Source: Mytilus trossulus (Eukaryota). Taken from it: a DNA stretch of 64,000 nucleotides. The first letter of the stretch is position 1, and the number at the start of each line of letters is the position of its first letter. The stretch spans positions 53,630,001 to 53,694,000 of the forward strand of contig NC_086379.1 in assembly GCF_036588685.1 (NCBI RefSeq). The letters are read 5' to 3'. The notes under the pieces are model-generated. The model saw only the letters and a program-made list of their open reading frames with translations. It had not been told where the DNA came from and did no database searches. Below, one piece after another: positions 53,662-64,000 of the stretch. The translations under genes and the position numbers were made by a program.

Positions 53662-56600
53662 AGCCTCGGTCACAGCTTATCGGATAGCACGAACGGATGT
53701 CTAGCGGATGAAATTAAAAGTTGTCCGTTTAAAAAATTTATATCAGTTGAGAGTCCGTTGATGTGCTGACCAAATATAACGGACGCGTAAAGGATGCATA
53801 ACGGACACAAACCGGGTATGCAACGTATGAGAAACGAAAACGTAACGTCTAACGGACATGAATGGATTGAAAAAAAAAGTTATCCGTTAGGCATCCGTTG
53901 GAACTATCCGTTAAAGGTGTGACCGAGGCTTAACGGTTATTTTTTTTTTCAATCCGTACATGTCCGTTCTTATTCGTTAGACGTCCGTCCATATCCGTTG
54001 CATGTCCTATTAGCATACGTTTTATCCGTCGACGTCCGTTCTGTCCGCTGGAAAGCTTCGGTAACACATAAACAGATAGCTCGAACGGATGCCTAACGGA
54101 TAACTTTTTTTAGCTCACCTGGCCTAAAAGGCCATGTGAGCTTTTCTCATCACTTGGCGTCTATCGTCGTCGTCGTCGTCGTTAACAATTTTTCAAACAT
54201 CTTCTCCTCTGAAACTACTGAATGGATTTAAATGAAACTTAGCATGATTGTTCCATAAATTATCCTGCATAAAGTGTGTGCTTCGATTTTTGATCCGTCA
54301 AAAAACATGGCCGCCGTTACTTAAAATAGAACATAGGGGTCAAATGCAGTTTTCGGCTTATATCTCAAAAACGAAAGCATTTAGAGCAAATCTGTCGAGA
54401 GGTCCAAATGTTCATTAGGTCAAGATCTATCAGCCCTGAAATTTTCAGATGAATCAAACAAACCATTGTTGGGTTGCTGCCACTTAATTAGTAATTTTAA
54501 GGAAATTTTGCAGTTTTTGGTCATTATCTTGAATATTATTATAGATAAAGATAAACTGTAAACAGCAAAAATGATCAGCAAAGTAAGATCGACAAATAAG
54601 TTTATATGACCAAAATTGTCAATTGACCCCTTAAGGGGTTATTGACCTTTAATGACAATTTTTCACCATTTGTTCATCATATTTTCTAACTTTAAAAAAT
54701 TTTCTCCTCTGAAACTACTGAATGGATTTGAATGAAACTTCGCACGATTGTTCCTTAGATTGTCTTGCAAAAAGTGTGTGCTTGGTTTTTTGATCCGTCA
54801 AAAATCATGGCCGCCGTTACTCAAAATAGAACATAGGGGTCAAATGCAGTTTTTGGCTTATATCTCAAAAACGAAAGCATTTAGAGCAAATCTGACATGG
54901 GGTTAACATGTTCATTAGGTCAAGATCTATCAGCCCTGAAATTTCAGATGAATCAAACAAACCATTGTTGGGTTGCTGCCACTTAATAAGTAATTTTAAG
55001 GAAATTTTGCAGTTTTTGGTCATTATCTTGAATATTATTATAGATACAGATAAACTATAAACAGCAAAAATTATCAGCAAAGTTAGATCTATAAATAAGT
55101 TTGTCAATTAAGGGGTTATTGACCTTTAATGACAATTTTTCACCATTTGTTCATCATATTTTCTAACTTTAAAAAATCTTCTCCTCTGAAACTACTGAAT
55201 GGATTTGGATGAAACTTAGCAAGATTGTTCCTTAGATTATCTTGCAAAAAGTGTGTGCTTGGTTTTTTGATCCGTCTAAAAACATGGCCGCCGTTACTTA
55301 AAATAGAACATAGGGGTCAAATGCAGTTTTTGCCTTATATCTCAAAAACGAAAGCATTAAGAGCAAATCTGACATGAGGTTAACATGTTCATTAGGTCAA
55401 GATCTATCAGCCCTGAAATTTTGAGATTAATCAAGCAACCCATTGTTGGGTTGCTGCCACTTAATTGGTAATTTTAAGGAAATTTTGCAGTTTTTGGTCA
55501 TTATCTTGAATATTATTATAGATACAGATGAACTGTTAAAAGCAAAAATGTTAAGCAAAGTAAGATCTACAAATAAGTCAATTTGACCAAAATTGTCAAT
55601 TGACCCGTTAAGGGGTTATTGAACTTTAATGTCAATTTTTCACCATTTGTTTATCATGTTGACTCACTTTAAAAAATCTTTTCCGTTGAAACTGCTGTAT
55701 CAATTTCAGCTAAACTTAGGCTAAATGAGTTTCAGAGTATCTAGTACAAATTTTATATTTCATTTCCTTGTATGTCAAGAAACAAAGCTCCTATGGCTAA
55801 AATAGAACATAGGAGAAAATCATTTGTTTTGCTTTTGAAGAAAATAGGACGATTCAAAGAACATTTAAATAAATTGAAAAGCCAAAATAATCATTGATGA
55901 GAGATTTAACCAAAAAAATTAAGGTGAGCGATTTAGGCTCTTGAGAGCCTCTTGTTTTTTAATCCGTTCATGTTCGTTAGACGTCCGTTCTTATCCGTAA
56001 GACGCCCGTCCATATCCGTTGCATGTCCGTTTAGCGAACGTTTAATCCATCAACGTCTGTTCTGTCCGGTGGAAAATTTTGAGCATGATCAAAACTTTTA
56101 ACGGACGTCCAACGGATGAAATGTCAGTTGAACGTCCGGTAGGCGTCCGTTTTGTACGATACTCGTCCGTTTCGTTTCCGTTTGTTTCCATTAATTGTCC
56201 GTCAAAATGCATGGGAGGTTTGGAAGGGTAGAGAAATTCACCAATGGACTTCAGACGGACGTCTAACGGATAAAACGAATGTTGAATGAATATGAAACGG
56301 ATTTCTTTCGGACGTATAACGGATAAAACGGACGATGAACGGATCTGAAACGGGTTAGTGCCAATTGAAAATATCGAGTCAGAAATACCAATTAGTTTTC
56401 TTAAGGTTCATGAATTCTTATTATTCATAATCAACCTAAGAGTAAGGGCACATCTTCACAATCAAGCAGCTCTTATTCAGGCCAGACTCTGCCCTTTGGC
56501 GGCATTTTTAAGAGAAAAAAAACAAAAACAGTTACCCAGAAACATTTTGAATATTAAGTCGATTTACATGTTTTATAATTGTCGTTTTTAATTTTTCCGT

Positions 56601-56882
56601 ACATCTTGTTAAACCGTTTTATCCGGTACGCTTCCGTTAGGTGTCCGTTTTATGCGGTACTCGTCCGTTGGATGTACGTTCGACATCCGTACTGTCCGGT
56701 ACGTTTACGTTCCTCGTTCGTTGCATATTCGGTGTGTGTCCGTTATGCATACGTTACGCGTCCGTTTTATTCGGTCAGTACATCAACGGACTCCCAACAA
56801 ATATCGATTTTGTCAACGGATAACTTTTATTTCCATCCGTTAGGCGTCCGTTCGTGCTATCCGGTAAGATGTGAACGAAGCT
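53662..56882. mobile_element. Composite Harbinger-like MITE cluster (aacgga/tccgtt-rich), flanked by TTA...TTA
   Basis: 53662-53930 is an internally deleted copy (agcctcggtcaca...tgtgaccgaggct). 53931-54053 is an inverted fragment. 54054-56882 is a longer copy in the opposite orientation (agcttcggtaacaca...tgtgaacgaagct) interrupted by a Helentron-type insert. 53662-53845 and 56700-56882 are ~185-bp inverted matches. Confidence 0.8.
54112..55954 (+). mobile_element. Non-autonomous Helentron/HINE-type element with internal tandem repeats
   Basis: Inserted in a T-run. Subterminal inverted repeat gctcacct (54113)/aggtgagc (55922); 5' hairpin gctcac-c-tggcct-aaa-aggcca-t-gtgagc; (cgt)n microsatellite at 54166-54183; ~3.3 central repeats of ~480-500 bp (starting ~54200, 54700, 55177, 55677); 3' hairpin aggctc-ttga-gagcct then cttgttt. 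Confidence 0.88.
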
Positions 56883-59800
56883 TTAACAGTTTAAAAACTA
56901 ATGAGGACGTATTTAGACATGCATATTTAGGGATGCATGTTTGGGTACGAAAAATATTATTCACTAATTTTTACTTTAATATTGGAAAATGTATTTGTGC
57001 TTCGTGTTTTCTGAAATAAAGCTTGCTGCTATCACTCCTTTAAAGAAATGTTTTTTATTTTTTATTTCATTTCAAGAAATGCAATCAGTAATAGAGACAC
57101 TTGATGTTACATAACACCGAAAGTCGATAATGTTGAGAATTAAAACTACATATTCGTCATTGAGAGAATGTTTACTTTTGTTTCCATCAAATAAATTGAA
57201 TTAGAAATAAGAATTTACATTATACAAAGTAAGGAAAACTGCAACTTTAAAGCCTTAAATGAATGAGTTATTTGAATTCAATGCCATGATAATTCCTATT
57301 TATTAGTCTTTGGTATCTTTACTTAATCTCGACTGCATGGTTTTAATATAAGTTTAATTAGTTTAAACACATTTGTAAATATACACCACAGTAGTGTAAT
57401 TAGTTCATGATGTCTTAAAAGTTTCTTCAAAAACCAGTGAAAACTATTCACTTTTCTGCACACGTTATCAATATAAACAAGTCGGGTTAGTATAAAAATA
57501 CATTTATTTCCTAATTTCAATAGCAATTTTCTTGTCAATTCAAACTCTTCTATCGAATAGAAGATTTGCACTTTAAACCCATTGTTAAAACGTAAATTCA
57601 ATTAAGATTCTAAATCATTTGAAAAAATTGTACGGCCCTTGATAAATGTTTGTTCAAAGTGAAATTCATTGACACTCGACACCATTAGAAAAAAAAGCAA
57701 TACCATTTTATGATTTTCTTTTCACGTTAAACTTGTCAATGAAACTAAATGATACAGTATTTATTAATTAGTTTTCCTGATAAATATTTTTTTAGTATTG
57801 ACACATACGTAACACACCCACTAAATGTTTGGAAAAGTATCTTAGATTTTATTGTTTTTCCTGTAATCATTTTGATTAATATTTTCTTTTTGAAATAGGA
57901 AATGACACGGCTGGAACGTGTAACATATACATGGTTTCACAAACACTTATTCTTCCGCACCGAATTAAATTGGAAGGTGCTTATTATAATAAAAAAAAAA
58001 TCAAGAATGTTAAGTGATCAATTCAATCTGCGTTGAAACATGTTGAGCAGTTCCTTCATATTTTTAAACAGTTTAAATTGACTTGTGAATGCAAATGAAA
58101 ATGCAAAGATGCAATAATTGAAATGTTCATTGGTTATATTACCATGATGAAACGGATAAGTTCAATCATTTGAGAATGGGCTCACGATAGTAACATACGA
58201 ATATTAATAACATCATGCATCAACGAAAATGGATGATGGCAATATTCTCTGACTTTCAATCAACTAATAGCAATAAGAAACCCTCTCCTGTAAATGAACA
58301 AGTCAACATTAATGTTCCAATTGTTTCTTATTTTTGATTTGTACACGTTTAATATCTCTAATGTAAAATCTTCTTTTGAACTCAATCTATCAAATAGTTA
58401 CAACAAACACCGCTTTATGAACAGCAAGCAAATTGAATGGGACATTTTGTTTGACAGTTTTTATAAAACACCACGACTGTCACAAGGATTAAACAAAGTC
58501 CATACAATCATGAACGAAGAGTATTTGTATATTACGGTTGGTACTGAAATTATTACGTACGAATGAATTTTTAAAAAAAAATACCATCGATTTTATATTG
58601 TTTTAACGAATTATAAAACTTCGTCATTGCACTTTGTGATTTTCGTATATCAACAGTTATCGGGGACTGTTAGACGTTATTATAATAGTCTAGGCTCTTA
58701 ACCATATATTAAGTGGTTTATCGAGTTTAAATGCAATACGGTTAATATGCCATTTGTTTTAGGAAAAACTCCCTTGATCGAAATATTGGCCCATTTATCG
58801 GTTAAAAAAGTGAAAAAAATACTGTCATAATTATCACAGGTTTATTCACGGATATTTTGGAGTAAACTGCATTTATCTGTTCCAATACGTCATAACGAAC
58901 ACTTCCTACATCCAAAACCATCCTATATGTATTGTTGAGAACAATATAGCAATTAAATATCATATTTTAAAGAACACATGTTTAACACCACAACTTTTAG
59001 AAGTATGCTAATTTATGTCTCATTTACAAGTATTGTGAAAAATAAAATCAGTAAGCAATGATAATTGAATATTGAAAACAACCGATTCAAATGGATTTCA
59101 AAAAAGGCATGTAGGAAATATCTTAGATTTACACCCATAAAAATTCAAATTAAATTTCCACAAAACTTCATATTAAAATAGATTTATTTTATAAGAATTA
59201 ACATTTTGTTATTTGATTTTCACATAATTCAGTTCTGATTTAGATTTCTTGTTGATCTTTGCCATCTTTTCTTTTTTATTTATCTGCTTGGTTCTTTCTT
59301 TATTGGCTTCGAACATCTTAATTAAGTTCTAAACAAAATTCAATGTCCTAGGCTTGACGCCTAATGAATCATGTGTTTACCGATAATTATGTTTCATTCT
59401 ATTTGAAGTAATTCTGTTACATAGTTGATCAAGTTTTACAGTCCTGCTTGCACTAGAAATTATTTTATTTCAAAGCATTAATAATTTTAGTTTTCTGCCG
59501 GAAGAAAATTCTAAGAATATAACAATTTGTTTGAAACTTCCTTCTCAAAATATATAAATTGTTACATTAGTTTGTTTTATTGTTTTGAACTATGGTTCAG
59601 TAAGCTTTGATCTAACATTTTGTACTATGAATGATTTATATTGACAAATAGGTTTTACGAAATTGTTACAACCAAAATGATGGAACGCTTAGCCACTTTG
59701 ACATAAATACTTTGACACAAGTTAATGATTCACCTGAATATGCACAGATTAACATACAGTCATTATTAAATAATCATATCATAGTTTAAGTACAACTTGA

Positions 59801-60744
59801 CATATTTTATTTCAAGTATAATATATATAATCTATAATGTGAACAAAATGGCATCATGCAACAAAAGTACATTGCACAGTTTTCATATTTAATCAAGCAA
59901 TCCTTTGAACAGTCTGATTGCAATATATTTGCTGCAAGCCATTTAAGTCCTTGTTCGATAATTAAACAGACACATATGCAAATATTGACTAGAACTACGA
60001 TGAAATGATGGAAGCAGTTTGCTTTTTCTGGCAGCATCTATCAGTATTTACGTTTCGGCGATTGTTTTTAGCGGCCAGTTGTGAGTAAATCTTGTTGCAA
60101 CAATTTTAGTCCTTATTGTATGAACTCACTTGTCACTTTATTGTTACGCATCACAGTGTATGACCAATCCCAATACTGATTCGTCTAAATAATCTTCTTA
60201 GTTAAGTGCGGTTCGTGTTGCACCAGTTAACTACATTTGTATGTTGTGTTTAGAAATCTATCATTTGGTCGTTTGGTATGGATTTATTAGTTGTCATCAA
60301 CATGCCCTATGGTATCTCTGCTTCTGTAGTCTAGATACACATCGAACTTTACCGTAACCGGTCATAATTCTGATATTCCTAAAATTCTAGTTTTCTGTTC
60401 CAATAGCATGATATGGAAAGGTTCAGTAATGTTATTAATATTGAAATACTTTCAGTGTAAACTTCGTGTGAAAACATGATTCAAGGCTGAAGAAATTAAT
60501 GTTGGATTAATGTCAGACAAATTACAATCGTCACTTGAACTGTCGTATTACTCCAATTCTCTCTTTGACAGGCTATACATTTTGATTTGGCAAAGACTGT
60601 TTAAAAAATGAGAAATTATAAGATTTAGAGCAGAACAATCATAAATCGTCAGCAGTTTGATTCTAAAATCGATGCATGAAATTCAAGGAAATAAATTTAA
60701 AAACAAAGTATTTAGAATTTCTGTTTACTCTATCATGGTGAAGT

Positions 60745-60925
60745 ATTGTATTGTTGTGAAAGTGTGCTTATCTCGTGCGATGGGTCGTTAGTTAAATCAA
60801 CAGCCGGGTTTAATCACAACTTGCTAATTAGGACTTGTTGCTACTCTGCTAAACACGCGACGCTAAGGAGTTAGGGCAAAGACTGGTTCGCTTTGATTTT
60901 GAATGATATGTTCTGATATGGTGAA
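60745..60925 (+). repeat. Decayed bivalve-type SINE
   Basis: ttgttgctactctgctaaacacgcgacgctaaggagttagggcaaagactggtt resembles the conserved central domain of bivalve tRNA-SINEs as I recall it; not verified by search. Confidence 0.45.
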
Positions 60926-61499
60926 AACAAACACGCTAATTAAACGTTGCTTTTAACATTCACTGATCGCGTAATACTTTGTATAAAACTGTGGGAATGA
61001 GTTTCCGTACAATTTAGCGAGAAAGTAAACTACAGGTTGGCCTACATGTATGTCCATGTCCTGCTACCAAGTCAAATTCTAAATGGTTGATTTCTACACA
61101 AAATATTTTTATTAAATAGTTTTATGACTTGTACTGTAAAAATACAACAATACATTTTAAGTTGTACTCGGCTCGAAAAAGGATATAAATAACTGGCAAA
61201 GTCTGGCATCAAACCAGTTTATTAAGCCTTCTACAAATAAGTTTTATATTTTGATGCCATGTCTAGTTAGATTTTTGAAGCACTGCCAGGATGTAGTCTT
61301 CCCGAGACCTAGGCAAATTCATTACTTAATTCCATGCATAATAATTCGTTAAAGATACGTGATTTTTCAAATTTTAATTATTTTATTAGTCATGCCCTGC
61401 TTGCAAAACATAAATTTGCATAGGTACACTATTCTTGATGATATATGCGATCTCACGGAAATCGACACGATAAGTACTATAATCACTGACGTCGAATTG

Positions 61500-61660
61500 T
61501 GCCTGGGTGCCCGAATGATCTAAGTATTGTATCTACTGTATACCTAGTCCGCTAATACTTAAGTTGATATTTCGAACTTCGCACGTGGTAGTTGCTTTCG
61601 ACTCTAATCTTCCTCTACCAATAAAACCTGACCGTGCAGATAACTGTGGCAGACTTTTTG
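61500..61660 (+). repeat. Decayed tRNA-derived SINE head
   Basis: A-box-like ggtgcccgaatgatctaag and B-box-like tttcgaacttc about 60 bp apart; no intact cloverleaf. Confidence 0.4.
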
Positions 61661-64000
61661 TACGAGTATTTTGATGTTATGTTCTATCCAGACTGGACGT
61701 GGCTCTTCGTGTAAATATCTGACTTATCGAACGACTACTCAGAAAGATGTTAATGCCTGCTAAGAGAAGTCCATGTGACTATATTTCTATTCCCAAGTCA
61801 ACCCTTTGAGGATTTTAGATTGCAACCTAATGGATTTGTCGGTTTAATATTAGTCTATATTTTTATTGCATCACAAAATAATGGTTAATTCATGTTTTAC
61901 ATATCATTTTATTTGTCCGAAAATCTATAAGTGGTTTTCTTGATAGTTGAGACACATTTGTTCATTTGAGTCTTACATTCAGGTGAACCTCTGCTGTTCA
62001 TCATTTTTGGATACATATTCCCCAACAGGGACAACAGAATAGCAAAACCTATCAATCAAAACAATTTACACAACAATAACATTATCTTGGGAAATTTAAG
62101 ATGAAACAACACAGAATAAAGATGTTGTTTCTTTATCTCTTCGTGCAAAATATGAATAAAGTTAGCTTTAATTTCATTAAGTATTCAAGACACTTACCCG
62201 AGAGAACAAAAACAAACAATGAAATATTATACTACGAAGAACTTGCATGAAATACAATAAATAAAACCACAACTTGTGCTCAACAACCTAATTTTACAAG
62301 TTATATCTTGCCGATCATACCCGTAAATCTAATTAGTCTGATACAGAGTGTATTTATCATTCAATTATATCATTCCGTATTAAAGTAACATTACATTAAA
62401 ATAATGTTTAATAGGACACAAAGTATTCGGCTATTCTTTGGTTGCTTGTCTGAACCAATGCGAGTGTGAATGTTTCTGATTACTTTGCAGTCTTTTTTTT
62501 TTAAATAGCTAGGTCTAACTGTCAAGGTAGGGTATTATACATGTACCTAACATATGCAGCTAGCAGGCAAGCTATTCAAATGTATTACCTTTACCTACAT
62601 ACCCTATGCATTTTACTGTTACAGCTATTCAAATTTTGTGTAGGTTTTGGATATTTTTTTATGTTGACCTCGAACATCAATGAAAAGAAATTTATTGTCA
62701 ATATGTGCATCTCGTGCAGTAAAGATGCATTAATGTATTTTATAACTAAATTAAAAAAATTGCATTTGGTTTATTATTGCAGCTCACTTATTTTAATATT
62801 ACCATAAAACAATATAGTTTCAACTGATAAGATTTCGTTAAAATGAAAATGATTTGAAAATATTCACTTAATTCATTTTATGACAGATAAGTCAGTATAT
62901 TCAAATTTGATTTACATTGAGTAAACAACGGATTTAGTTGTTTTTAATTCATTCATAAAATCAAACAAATGTCCAGTTTACTCTAATTCTATAATTGTAG
63001 ACACAAATTAAATAGTAAGTATAATAAGTCGAAGAGAATTTGTCAAAGAAAACAGACATGTATCCCAAATGCTGAAATTCATTGCTATAAGCTAATTATA
63101 TCAATACAGTTTATTTCAATTTATTTTCTTTAGACAAGGATATTATATTGAACAATGTAATAAACAGATACCATCTATATTCGGTCAGTGAGTTAAACCC
63201 GTGATGTCTATATATTTGATTACACTATCTAGACAATTCGTCGACAGTTACATTAAATGTGGTCCATTGTCTTCAGCAGACGGTCAAATAATATCTGAAT
63301 TATTACAAAATATTTTCTTCAATATATTTCGATGCAACAGTCTCTTACGAAAGTGTTTCACTGAATTTATTCAAGTTAGACGTTAGAGAAGGACTGAAAT
63401 GCATTAAAATTGACAGACCACTTTAATATAGGAACAACAACCTGATCAGTATCTATAGAAAAGGTAATCATTTGATATACTAAAAAGGAATCACTAAAGT
63501 ATTCGTCAAGATTCAATATTTAAACTTTGAAGTTTGAAATTCAAAATAAATTTTATTTTAATTCAAATTCCAATATTCAAAGTAGCCTCTCAAAAGAAGT
63601 ATGTTATGTTGTGAAGGTGAAAAGCCAGCAAAATGTCTTGGAACAGATTAAAATTAAATGAGATAAAATTTTATTACATGTGCAGTACAAAAATGAAAGT
63701 AAGGTCAGTGACCTTCTAACTTAATATAATAACAAGAGCTTACATGAAATCTTCATTTTAACGACTTTTTGGTTGTCTTTACAAAAAGCAATGGCGACTT
63801 GGAGCCTTGGAAACAGGAAAAAGTGCTCAAGCCTAATTTTCTAAATTTTGGCGTGATCAAATTATTTATCTACAACGAAACCACAGACAAATGACATGAC
63901 AGTGGTTTTATTCAATTGGACAAGAAGATGTGTACTGCAATTTTTCATAGAGACAATAGCTACGTTACATTATCTAATAAATATAAACAATCGTGTTATT

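Noticed and set aside
56358-57019. 146-aa and overlapping ORFs
   Set aside because: They derive from the tccgtt-rich subterminal repeats of the MITE; no recognisable domain.
61500-61600. tRNA gene
   Set aside because: Only degenerate A/B boxes with no acceptor or anticodon stems; better explained as a SINE head.

Overview
AT-rich, repeat-dense eukaryotic DNA. I could not find a complete protein-coding gene, rRNA, tRNA or CRISPR array, and nearly all ORFs in the supplied track look like chance ORFs. The repeat families resemble those I recall from bivalve molluscs (most likely a Mytilus-type mussel); this is an inference, not a search result. The recognisable content is mobile DNA. (1) A 5'-truncated, disabled Penelope-like retroelement RT (28075-29646), probably Naiad-type because the RT ends without a C-terminal GIY-YIG domain, plus about ten solo copies of its 3' end. 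(2) A Mutator/MULE transposase pseudogene missing from the ORF track (6521-6988, -). (3) A Kolobok-like element with TTAA target-site duplication (TSD), Harbinger-like MITEs, a non-autonomous Helitron, and a Helentron-type element with ~490-bp internal repeats nested in a MITE. (4) Two local tandem duplications and two minisatellites with higher-order structure. The most interesting signals are: a dispersed repeat whose decayed copies jointly reconstruct a minimal type I hammerhead ribozyme (retrozyme-like), with a second near-intact hammerhead at 48864-48905; strong enrichment of TACATGTA, which sits inside older repeats like a Tc1/mariner excision scar; several unrelated ~100-180 bp fold-back elements with a shared architecture; and a well-spaced TATA/Inr/ATG/GTAAGT candidate first exon (46715-46836, -). 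All coordinates were read by eye and may be off by a few bases.
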